Shown here: positions 1-8,144 of the stretch, in pieces | Layout: each line of letters starts with the position of its first letter | Numbering within the stretch: the first letter of the stretch is position 1 | From: a virus | Virus record (IMG/VR): IMGVR_UViG_3300011116_001253 | Coordinates: 3,734-67,733 of that record | DNA: 64,000 nucleotides | Direction: 5' to 3' (one strand) | The notes under the pieces: generated by a model | The model's database searches: none | What the model saw: the letters and a program-made list of their open reading frames with translations, nothing else | Told to the model about the DNA's origin: nothing | Translations under genes and position numbers: made by a program

Positions 1-312
1 AATGGATGGTTTTACGGTACCTCAATTGAAGAGTTTAATAGCGCTAATCTTTTTATCATGACTCCATCAGGTATAGCTAAACTAAAAAAAGATGACAGAA
101 AAAATTCTTTTATTATTTTTCTCGATATCAATGAAGACATTCTGAGAAGCAGATTGGCGTTAAGAAATGATGCAGATAAGATGGATCGAAGAATAGAAGC
201 AGATAAGAAAGATTTTTTTGAATTTACTGATTTCGACCTAAGAGTATCAAATGCAGATTTTACATTGGAACAGATTTTAATATCTCTGGATTTCCCTCAT
301 TTTGTGGTTTAA
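1..312 (+). CDS. gmk: Guanylate kinase-like protein, C-terminal part (5' truncated by window edge)
   Basis: Frame 1 is open from base 1: NGWFYGTSIEEF...FIMTPSG...IIFLDINEDILRSRL...RRIEAD. The N-x-x-YGT motif and the lid-region R-x-R-L pattern are typical of guanylate kinases. The ORF-track start at 58 is internal. Confidence 0.7.
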   Translation, partial: NGWFYGTSIEEFNSANLFIMTPSGIAKLKKDDRKNSFIIFLDINEDILRSRLALRNDADKMDRRIEADKKDFFEFTDFDLRVSNADFTLEQILISLDFPHFVV

Positions 313-323
313 ATTAACCATAA

Positions 324-351
324 GAAATTTTTTCGATTAACGAGACTATAA
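324..351 (+). promoter_or_regulatory. Putative early/middle promoter, GAAAT-N18-TATAA
   Basis: Same architecture as the sites at 3006, 16867 and 22218, all upstream of non-structural genes. Confidence 0.35.
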
Positions 352-367
352 AATTTAAAAATATAGC

Positions 368-1516
368 ATGATTAATATTTTAGTTGATGGTAATTATATT
401 TTCCATAAAACATTCGGTGTTTTTGCCGGATATGGAAGTGTCGATCCCGGTAAAGTTCTAAAAAATAAATCGGATCAGGCAATGTTTATAAGAAAAGTTG
501 CAACTGATCTAGTAGCTTCACTCAGACTCTTGCCGACGGGTGGGAGATTAATATTTACCTCTGATAGCAAAAGTTGGAGAAAAGAAATAGAGATAGAAGA
601 TGGCGGATATAAATCTGGACGAGTGAAGGATGAGAATGTTGACTGGACGATTTTCTTCGAACTTATGCAATCATTCGGATCTCATTTAGAAAAAATGGGA
701 TTTATCTTTTCCAAGGTTGAAGGAGCGGAAGGCGATGATCTTCTACTTTTTTGGTCAAGGAAATTCATCAGTTTGGGCGAGAGTTGTATCATCATAAGTG
801 GAGATAAGGATTTACATCAATTGGTTAAAATGTCTGGTCCTGATGCGTGGACATGTGTTTGGAATAATAATTCTAAAAAAAATACTCTACATGCACCTCT
901 CGGATGGAAGAATAATTGGCTGAATGGAGCTAATCACACAGAGGTTTCTATTTTTAATATGGGGTCTACAATATCCCCCGAAAAGGAAAGATTGAAAGAC
1001 TTTATTAAAAAAGTTGAAGTTGAAGAATTAGATTTTTTCCCTTTTGTATTTAATAAAATTCTCATAGGAGACAAGGGAGACTCAGTTCCTAGTGTTTGGG
1101 AATATGAGCAGTCAGGAAAAATCTATAGGTTTACCCAATCTAAAGCTGATAAGATTATGGAGTTATTTGTTCAGTCTGATTATAAATCATTAGAAATGAG
1201 CCAGCTTTCAGAGGATCAAGATTTTTTAAATTGGCTAGCTCCTCTGGTTATAAAACTTTCTAAAGGAGTTGATAGCACTGAAAATAGAAATAAAGCTAAG
1301 AATAACTGGATCAGAAATATGAAGCTTATGTGGCTCGATCCATTAGTTATCCCTGAAAAAATATTCTTCAACTCAGAACTTGATATTCAAAGGGGTCTTC
1401 AATTGGAAAAAAAAGCTGTAACCCTAGATAGAATGAAAATTCTAGATGGTACTGATTGGGTGTCAAGTAATTATCAACCTAAGGGCTTTGATCCCTTTGA
1501 AAACTTTTTGAAATAA
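368..1516 (+). CDS. rnh: RNase H / 5'-3' exonuclease (T4 RNase H, FEN-like family)
   Basis: Motifs ILVDGNY, EGAEGDD, ISGDKDLHQL and LIGDKGDSVP match the acidic clusters and H3TH motif of 5' nucleases. Confidence 0.85.
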   Translation: MINILVDGNYIFHKTFGVFAGYGSVDPGKVLKNKSDQAMFIRKVATDLVASLRLLPTGGRLIFTSDSKSWRKEIEIEDGGYKSGRVKDENVDWTIFFELMQSFGSHLEKMGFIFSKVEGAEGDDLLLFWSRKFISLGESCIIISGDKDLHQLVKMSGPDAWTCVWNNNSKKNTLHAPLGWKNNWLNGANHTEVSIFNMGSTISPEKERLKDFIKKVEVEELDFFPFVFNKILIGDKGDSVPSVWEYEQSGKIYRFTQSKADKIMELFVQSDYKSLEMSQLSEDQDFLNWLAPLVIKLSKGVDSTENRNKAKNNWIRNMKLMWLDPLVIPEKIFFNSELDIQRGLQLEKKAVTLDRMKILDGTDWVSSNYQPKGFDPFENFLK

Positions 1517-1520
1517 ACAA

Positions 1521-1952
1521 ATGGAACTTTTTGATATAGTTAAACTTATTTTCAGCAAAAAAGATGCTGAGTGGAAGAATGTTGGAAAAAACGATAAAAC
1601 TCGTAATTTTTTTATGATTAATCGTATAATGGCGATCAACTTCCCAATCCAGGCCAATCAGTTCAACAAGATTAAGGTTACACCAGCTCCTGTTGTTGAT
1701 TGGTGGAGAGGTACGCTCAGTCCTAAATATACTAGAACCCCCCAGTGGATTTTTACTAAAACGAAAAAAAAAGATTCTACGAAAGATAAGGAACAGAAGA
1801 AAAATTTTGATGTTGCAGAGGATTTTGTAAGAGATAAATATAGAATATCAAGAAGAGATCTTTTACAACTGAAAACTTTCTATCCACAGAAATATGAAAA
1901 ATGGATACTAAATATTTCTGAACAGATCGGAATCCAAACAAAAAATATATAA
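1521..1952 (+). CDS. Putative clamp loader small subunit (T4 gp62-like)
   Basis: LFDIVK...FFMINRIMA...ANQFN resembles the gp62 F-M-I-N-R / A-N-x-x-N signature. Size and context are consistent. Confidence 0.45.
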   Translation: MELFDIVKLIFSKKDAEWKNVGKNDKTRNFFMINRIMAINFPIQANQFNKIKVTPAPVVDWWRGTLSPKYTRTPQWIFTKTKKKDSTKDKEQKKNFDVAEDFVRDKYRISRRDLLQLKTFYPQKYEKWILNISEQIGIQTKNI

Positions 1953-1955
1953 ATC

Positions 1956-2522
1956 ATGAAAAAAAACAGCTCTGAAATTAAATTGGTAGATAAGGTTATT
2001 TCCAGTCTTGATTGGGATTCGATATTCGAAGTGAATAAATGTTTCAAAATTGGTGTTGGTGAGGGTACTTCGGTCATTCCAGGAATTAAAAGAAAAGTTT
2101 TTGGTGATAATCTAACCAAAAATGACATAAAAGGAGAACTAAAAACCCTTTTGAAATACGTCATAGAGAATGATATAGCCGAATTATTTTATGGACCCTG
2201 GCTTATCTTTTGGACAGATGGAGATTGGGTAAAATTAGACCTAGAAACGGATGATGAAGCTGATGATATACCTGAACATTTTGGCGATTCTAATGGTGAA
2301 ATAGAAATTGCCTTTGATTCCACCCTAGAAGTTGTTTACTCTCCTCAAAGAATTATAGTTGCAGGAAATTCACATCAGCAAGATTTGATCAAAGATGATT
2401 CAGATACTTCGAAACTAGAGTCAATGCTTAAAAAAGCACTCCTTTCCGAAAATTATGAAGTTGCTAATAAAATAAAAGAATTGTTGGATCTTCAGAATAT
2501 CGGAGATGGTGGAGATAAATAG
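1956..2522 (+). CDS. Hypothetical protein with C-terminal UVR (UvrB/C) coiled-coil motif
   Basis: C-terminal LESMLKKALLSENYEVANKIKELL matches the UVR consensus (A-x-x-x-E-x-Y-E-x-A-x-x-I-[RK]). Confidence 0.6.
   Translation: MKKNSSEIKLVDKVISSLDWDSIFEVNKCFKIGVGEGTSVIPGIKRKVFGDNLTKNDIKGELKTLLKYVIENDIAELFYGPWLIFWTDGDWVKLDLETDDEADDIPEHFGDSNGEIEIAFDSTLEVVYSPQRIIVAGNSHQQDLIKDDSDTSKLESMLKKALLSENYEVANKIKELLDLQNIGDGGDK
2514..2521 (+). promoter_or_regulatory. Late promoter box GATAAATA overlapping the upstream stop codon
   Basis: Member of the recurrent GATA(T/A)ATA motif, 5 nt before ATG 2527. Resembles the T4 late promoter TATAAATA. Confidence 0.55.
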
Positions 2523-2526
2523 ATAG

Positions 2527-3003
2527 ATGAAACACATAAAATCTATCTATGAATTTGATACTGCCTTCGGTGACACGTACGGATACGGAGGAGCTAATGG
2601 TATTTTAAAAATAAATTATAAGCCTTTTAACGATCTTTCAGTCTCAGTTGGACAAGATCCTAACATCGATACCACCGTTAAAGGCTCACAATTTCAGGTA
2701 GGCGATGTTGTTGTAGCTCAGCCATTAGATTCTAAGAAAAAACTCACCGGAATAATAGTTAGAGCCTTCAGAGAGCCTGACAATCAAGAGTTTAGATACT
2801 TTATCCAGGTTTATAACATAGGTAAAAAAACAGAAAATGTTATCGAAGTAAAAAGTGATTCTATAAAGTTCGCTGAAGGTGGTGACCACGGTAACATGGA
2901 GACTATTTCTAAAGCTAAAAATAATCTTGTTCCTGACAAGAGCTATAATTCTAAAACTGTTTATAATGCTTCTGAACTTGGTCTAGAGACTACAGGAGGC
3001 TAA
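2527..3003 (+). CDS. Hypothetical virion-associated protein with SH3/KOW-like domain
   Basis: N-terminus MKHIKSIYE is capsid-targeting-like. FQVGDVVVA...GIIVR is SH3-like. A late box lies upstream. Confidence 0.45.
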   Translation: MKHIKSIYEFDTAFGDTYGYGGANGILKINYKPFNDLSVSVGQDPNIDTTVKGSQFQVGDVVVAQPLDSKKKLTGIIVRAFREPDNQEFRYFIQVYNIGKKTENVIEVKSDSIKFAEGGDHGNMETISKAKNNLVPDKSYNSKTVYNASELGLETTGG

Positions 3004-3005
3004 TT

Positions 3006-3033
3006 GGAACATTAGTCTTTCCCTGTAATATAA
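3006..3033 (+). promoter_or_regulatory. Putative early/middle promoter, GGAAC-N18-TATAA
   Basis: Recurrent bipartite motif upstream of non-structural genes. Confidence 0.4.
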
Positions 3034-3046
3034 AAAATAAAAGATA

Positions 3047-3943
3047 ATGTTATCAGGGAGCAACTATCCACAACTAAGTTATTTAGGTCCACATAGTGAG
3101 ATTCCAACCGATAATCTCCAAATCAGCACACATCTTGATCTTCTGAGATTAATTTACACCAATCTTTCTTTAAATTTAAAGATTGATATAATTAACACCT
3201 GTATTGATGTTTCTTCGCTATCCTTTAGCTCTAAATTTTTTAAGGATGTAATTGATGAAGAGTCTGAAGAATTTTCTTCGGTTATAAATAAAATCAACAC
3301 ACTTATTGCAACACACGGGTCCAGAATTTTCTTTTTCATCGGGAAGGATTATTTTTTAGGTACACAGATAGAAAGTGTGATAAAATCTACAAATCTACTA
3401 ATATCAAAGCTTTCAGAGATTATCGAAACTATAGGTGTAAACTACCCCTCTATAATCATTAGAATTGGATCTGCCTATGGTAATAGAAAAAATACGATGG
3501 CAGTTTTTTGTGATAGAGCTAATGCTTTAGGTAAAGCAACATTATCCAGACTGTGTGTGTTAAATGACGATAAACCTAGTCTTTTCTCAGTAACAGATCT
3601 TCTATCTGGAGTTTATTATAAAACAGGAATTCCAATATGCTTTAGAATATTACCTCATCATTTCAATGATGGTGGTTTATCAATCAGAGAAGCACTATTT
3701 CTATCAAGTTCAACGTGGAAACCTGGAAGCAAGCCGGTCTTCGTCTATGGAGAATCTTGTTTGACTGATGAATATGGATTTCCCATCGATCCGAAAACAA
3801 CAGAATATCTGAAAAACAGAATACCAACTTTTGGGCTAGATCTTAATGTTATAGTAGACTCTCCTGCGAAAGAAGATTCTTGTCTCAAATACAAAATGGA
3901 CTATAAATCTCTTCAGCCGATAGTTTTGAATAGAAAAAATTAA
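3047..3943 (+). CDS. uvsE: UV-damage endonuclease (UvsE/UVDE) homologue with degenerate metal ligands
   Basis: RLCVLNDDKPSLFSVTDL...GIPICFRILPHHF.GGLS.REAL.L..STW aligns with UvsE (L.VENDD...IPIVFDYHHH...EAL..A..TW), but key Glu/Asp/His positions are substituted. Confidence 0.7.
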   Translation: MLSGSNYPQLSYLGPHSEIPTDNLQISTHLDLLRLIYTNLSLNLKIDIINTCIDVSSLSFSSKFFKDVIDEESEEFSSVINKINTLIATHGSRIFFFIGKDYFLGTQIESVIKSTNLLISKLSEIIETIGVNYPSIIIRIGSAYGNRKNTMAVFCDRANALGKATLSRLCVLNDDKPSLFSVTDLLSGVYYKTGIPICFRILPHHFNDGGLSIREALFLSSSTWKPGSKPVFVYGESCLTDEYGFPIDPKTTEYLKNRIPTFGLDLNVIVDSPAKEDSCLKYKMDYKSLQPIVLNRKN

Positions 3944-3961
3944 TTTCTCGTTGTAATTTAT

Positions 3962-3969
3962 TACATTTG
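3962..3969 (+). promoter_or_regulatory. Bacteroidota sigma70-type -7 box TAnnTTTG (TACATTTG)
   Basis: Intergenic, 13 nt before ATG 3983. The identical TTACATTTG also occurs at 16852-16860. No clear -33 TTTG at canonical spacing. Confidence 0.45.
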
Positions 3970-3982
3970 TAAAAAATTAATT

Positions 3983-4690
3983 ATGTTCACTAAAGACCAA
4001 ATCAAAAAATTTCTTTTTTTAGACGTTGAGACAGCAGGAGCTTATCCTGATCTAATATCTCTCCATGATCAAAATCATCGCCTTTGGGAGCTATGGATGA
4101 AAAGAGAAAAGTATTACAGGACTGCATACCCAGATTTAGCATCTGCTGAATCGGAGGAAATTTACGTCAGCAAAGCAGGATTGGAACCTGAATTTTCTAA
4201 AATTGTCTGCATTTCGTTTGGCTCCTTTACTGAAGAAGGTGATATGAGATTCATTTCCTTTTACGGAGAAGATGAAGTTGATAATTTAAACAAAGCTTTT
4301 AAAGTTTTAAATAATGCTGCTTCGAAAGGTTGGAAGCTATGTGGACATAATATAAAGGGATTTGATATTCCTTGTATTGGAAAAAGAATGATCTATAATC
4401 ACATAGAACCTCCGATTAATTTGAGAATCTGGGATAAAAAGCCATGGGAAATGCAATTCATGGACACCTCTGACATCTTTGCCTTTGGTAGCTGGATTCA
4501 ACAAAAATACCTTAGCTTAGATCTACTAGCTTGTTCTCTAGGTATACAATCTCCTAAGGGTTTGATGGATGGTTCGATGGTTCATTCTAGATTCTGGTCA
4601 GGAGGAGAGAATGAAACCATCAAAGACTATTGCGAACTTGACGTTAAAACAGTTATGCAGGTTATGGATAAGATATGCTTCACTAGTTAG
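3983..4690 (+). CDS. 3'-5' exonuclease, DnaQ/PolB-exonuclease-like
   Basis: DEDDy motifs: FLDVET (ExoI), GHNIKGFDIP (ExoII), YCELDV (ExoIII). Confidence 0.85.
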   Translation: MFTKDQIKKFLFLDVETAGAYPDLISLHDQNHRLWELWMKREKYYRTAYPDLASAESEEIYVSKAGLEPEFSKIVCISFGSFTEEGDMRFISFYGEDEVDNLNKAFKVLNNAASKGWKLCGHNIKGFDIPCIGKRMIYNHIEPPINLRIWDKKPWEMQFMDTSDIFAFGSWIQQKYLSLDLLACSLGIQSPKGLMDGSMVHSRFWSGGENETIKDYCELDVKTVMQVMDKICFTS

Positions 4691-4712
4691 CATAGTTACG
4701 CTAAAACACATT

Positions 4713-4754
4713 AAAAAAGCTTTTTCTCTGATATATAAGAGAAAAAGCTTTTTT
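4713..4754 (+). promoter_or_regulatory. Perfect 17-bp inverted repeat whose 8-nt loop is the late promoter box GATATATA
   Basis: AAAAAAGCTTTTTCTCT-GATATATA-AGAGAAAAAGCTTTTTT, ending 1 nt before GTG 4756. Could act as a terminator and/or occlude the initiation region. Confidence 0.75.
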
Positions 4755-4755
4755 T

Positions 4756-5565
4756 GTGGATAAAGTAATCTCATTCAAGAATTTCAAGAATCAAAGTATC
4801 CTTTTAGAGAAGAAGATTGGACTTCCTTACAATGATGTGCTCAATCCATCCTTTTGGACTAAAAAAGAATCAAAAGACGGTGAAGTTGATTGGGTGTTTG
4901 ATGAAAGGGTAAGAAAAAAACTCATAAGAATATCCAGAGATTTCTTCGAAAATTTCAAAGGAATATTCAAAACCAAAGACATAATAGACATTCAGCTCAC
5001 AGGATCTCTAGCAAACTACAACTATACTAATCTATCGGATCTTGATGTTCAAATTATAGTCGATCTAAAAATTTCTTCCGATGACAACATCAATGCTATA
5101 AAAGAAGCTATTGATGGTATCGGATTCAAATGGAATCTTTCTCATAATATAAGTATTCGCGGATATGAGCTAGAAATGTACATTCAAGAACCAGAAAAAC
5201 CCCACACAGGATCTGGACTTTTTTCACTTCTTAAAAATAAGTGGATAACTAATCCAGCTTATGATTCGACTGAAATTGATGAATTGGACGTTGAACAAAA
5301 ATATAATTCTATTGCTTATCAAATAGAGCAGCTTGAAACTAGACTTGTATCCCTTTCTTCCGTTCCAAGCGATGCAAAACAACTGTATCAAAGAGCACTG
5401 AATCTTAAGAAAAAATTAAATAAGATGAGAAAGGAAAGCTCGTCTGACAAGGGTGAATTTTCTGTTGGCAACTTAGCCTATAAAAAACTAAGAAGTGAAG
5501 GATATATAGAAAAGCTAATTAATTTGATTTCCAAATCATACGACAAAATTTACACAGAAAAATAA
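4756..5565 (+). CDS. Pol-beta superfamily nucleotidyltransferase (GTG start)
   Basis: LTGSLANYNYTNLSDLDV matches the GS...DxD motif. A third acidic residue lies in YELEMY. C-terminal helical bundle. Confidence 0.7.
   Translation: MDKVISFKNFKNQSILLEKKIGLPYNDVLNPSFWTKKESKDGEVDWVFDERVRKKLIRISRDFFENFKGIFKTKDIIDIQLTGSLANYNYTNLSDLDVQIIVDLKISSDDNINAIKEAIDGIGFKWNLSHNISIRGYELEMYIQEPEKPHTGSGLFSLLKNKWITNPAYDSTEIDELDVEQKYNSIAYQIEQLETRLVSLSSVPSDAKQLYQRALNLKKKLNKMRKESSSDKGEFSVGNLAYKKLRSEGYIEKLINLISKSYDKIYTEK
5501..5508 (+). promoter_or_regulatory. Late promoter box GATATATA within the 3' end of the nucleotidyltransferase gene
   Basis: 63 nt upstream of ATG 5572. Confidence 0.4.
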
Positions 5566-5571
5566 CCAACC

Positions 5572-8088
5572 ATGATAATATTCTTAGGAAAAAGTTCAGT
5601 TTATAAAATCGATGATGATTTTCCAATCTTTAGAATTCCAGTTGATATGGAAGGAGCTGTTACACAGTCTCTTTCAGATTTTCAGTGGTGGGCTTATTCT
5701 TCTGACTTTCAAAAATGGTTAAAGGAAAATCCTAGAGAGTGGACTGCAGATTCAGAGGATATGAGCAAATATGGCTCACCAATAGATTTTATAAAAGAGA
5801 GTTTAAGAACAGAGTATCAGAGCATCGATGGATCTGTTTTAAACTTCAATGATTTCCAATCTTCGGATATTTATGAAGCAGAGAATAGTGAAGCCTCTGC
5901 ATCTCAAGCTACAAAATTTCACTACTCTTATAATACTTTACTTAGTGAGGGCAAAATAGAGAAAGAATTTATAGTCGCTAACCAGAAGGATGGGTCTGAA
6001 AAAGCTATCTTTTTAACTTATGATGACCCAGAAACTAAGACTGAAAGATTCGAGACTTTAGATGCTTACAAAATAACAGCTCTACCTGTTTCGGCTGATT
6101 CCAAAATGGCTTTATTTAGAATGTCTGAATCCATAATGGGAGGACCAATTCCTGACGATGAAACCAACGATGGACTAATGAAGAGAGTCGCTGACACAAC
6201 TTTTAAGGTAGCCGCTGTATCTGGTGTTGGACTAGGAATTTATTATATGATCGTAGGCGCTGGATCAGCTTTTACTGCAATGAGAGCTCGTAAAATTCTA
6301 AGAGGATTGAGACCTCAAAGCACAACCCCCACTCCTCCATCTAAACTTTTAACTTGGCTGGGTAACACTAAAAACTCAGCTAAAGGGTTTATAAATAAAA
6401 GGGTAAATCCTTTGAGAGGGATTAAAAAAACAGCGGAGGTTTGGAAAGGTGTTGGTCAGGCTTTGAGCAGAGGCGTCAGTGGAAGTTATAAAGCTGTTAG
6501 TAAAGGTAAAGCTGGAGCTACCACCGCATTAAAAGCATTCGCCAAAGGAACTAGCAGAGGACTTTCTAAGATAGGTTCTAAAGCTGCTGTAGATTGGATT
6601 CCATTTGTTGGCTGGACCTTAGCCGCTATAGATGTTGTTGGATCGACATGGAATTGGTTCAGTGGTAAACAAGCTCCAAGATTTGGTGAAGTTGAAGATT
6701 TTGCTAAAGATAAATTCAATCCAAAATCGATTCCTGTTGGTGTTCCAATTACTATTTGCTGGTCTCAAGAAGCAGGTGGAACCTGGGGTACTGTTGTAAA
6801 CTTTCTTGCTAATAATGACACTAGGACCACAATGGAATTAGTGAAGGTTTCAGATATAAATGGAAAATCAATTTTTATAATCACACAGATAAATTCTAAA
6901 GAATTGGGTAAGCAAATAGCTGAACATGAATTGACCCTTATTTCTTTCAATAGCTCTGAAACAGTAGAAACTGGACTAATAGATAATGATGATCTCGATT
7001 TCGAAATTTTACCAATAGATGGATTAGATAAGATAGCCAGTATTTTTAATTTCAAAGGGGTCTGTGATTGGAATGAAGCCTTTACAACTTACGAATCCTC
7101 TTCTGATAAACTCTTCTATGCAGATCCTGAAGCTCCTAAGAAATATGATTTCCACTTTGATGATTCGGATGGAGAAATTATAAATGTTTCTGGTGATTTG
7201 ATGGATGATGATTCTCTTTCAAAATTATCTGATACTGATCTAAATAAATTCATGTTGGGTTCTTTTACAAGTGAAAAAAATGAAAGTCTAGAATCCGACC
7301 TTGATTGGAATAGAAATATTCTAGAATCTGACAATCTTTTAGATTTTGAAAGTTTCGTTTCCAATGCAATCATAAACGAGGATGACGAGGCTTCAACAGA
7401 AGCAGATCAAAATTACGATCTAAAACCTTCCCAAAAAAGAGGACCTGCTAAAGTTGCAATCTATAAAGTAACTGAACGAGAGTATGCAAATCCTGAGTTT
7501 AGAGGTAAATACGAAACCGGTGACTTCAAAATTTTTGTAATCGATTCAGAAGATTGGAATGATGCAGATGGTGAAAAGATTGATGTAGAAGTTAATACTT
7601 CAGAAGTTTTAGAAGACACTATCAAAGGTATTTATACTTATCGATCAGAGGGAAAGGAAGTTAAAAAGGATGAAGAAAAACCAAAGTCTGAAGAAGGAGA
7701 GACCAAGCAGCAAGGAGCAGAAAAGGAAGAGAAAGGTAAAAAGTTACCTGATGACTATTACATCATTGCAAACCCAGATGATATTTCAATTAAACAGAAA
7801 GAAAGATCTACAACAATCAGAGACGCAAATTTCTCAGGAGGACTTAATTTATTCGATAAGTTTTTAACTCCTAGACAGAAAGAGATATTGGGCGTAGATA
7901 AGTGGAAGACAATAACCTTTGCAAAAGAATTCTACGATAAGAGAGGAGATGTTATAGAGGTTAAGTTGAAGAATAAATATGCACCATTCGGAGAGAAGAG
8001 TAAGAAGTATAGAGTTATTGATGGTGAATCGTTTGAGATAGCTAAGAAATTTGTTGAGGAAACAAGAGACAGAATTAAATATGAATAA
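5572..8088 (+). CDS. Large hypothetical protein, putative internal virion/ejection protein with hydrophobic helices
   Basis: Two hydrophobic segments (VAAVSGVGLGIYYMIVGAGSAF and WIPFVGWTLAAIDVVG) flank a basic Gly/Ala/Lys-rich stretch. Internal capsid-targeting-like motifs. Directly upstream of the prohead protease. Confidence 0.5.
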   Translation: MIIFLGKSSVYKIDDDFPIFRIPVDMEGAVTQSLSDFQWWAYSSDFQKWLKENPREWTADSEDMSKYGSPIDFIKESLRTEYQSIDGSVLNFNDFQSSDIYEAENSEASASQATKFHYSYNTLLSEGKIEKEFIVANQKDGSEKAIFLTYDDPETKTERFETLDAYKITALPVSADSKMALFRMSESIMGGPIPDDETNDGLMKRVADTTFKVAAVSGVGLGIYYMIVGAGSAFTAMRARKILRGLRPQSTTPTPPSKLLTWLGNTKNSAKGFINKRVNPLRGIKKTAEVWKGVGQALSRGVSGSYKAVSKGKAGATTALKAFAKGTSRGLSKIGSKAAVDWIPFVGWTLAAIDVVGSTWNWFSGKQAPRFGEVEDFAKDKFNPKSIPVGVPITICWSQEAGGTWGTVVNFLANNDTRTTMELVKVSDINGKSIFIITQINSKELGKQIAEHELTLISFNSSETVETGLIDNDDLDFEILPIDGLDKIASIFNFKGVCDWNEAFTTYESSSDKLFYADPEAPKKYDFHFDDSDGEIINVSGDLMDDDSLSKLSDTDLNKFMLGSFTSEKNESLESDLDWNRNILESDNLLDFESFVSNAIINEDDEASTEADQNYDLKPSQKRGPAKVAIYKVTEREYANPEFRGKYETGDFKIFVIDSEDWNDADGEKIDVEVNTSEVLEDTIKGIYTYRSEGKEVKKDEEKPKSEEGETKQQGAEKEEKGKKLPDDYYIIANPDDISIKQKERSTTIRDANFSGGLNLFDKFLTPRQKEILGVDKWKTITFAKEFYDKRGDVIEVKLKNKYAPFGEKSKKYRVIDGESFEIAKKFVEETRDRIKYE

Positions 8089-8112
8089 TCGAAAAAAATT
8101 AAAAATTGATTC

Positions 8113-8120
8113 GATATATA
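8113..8120 (+). promoter_or_regulatory. Late promoter box GATATATA
   Basis: Intergenic, upstream of the prohead protease ATG 8145. Confidence 0.65.
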
Positions 8121-8144
8121 AGAAATAACAAAAAGTAGTAAAAA

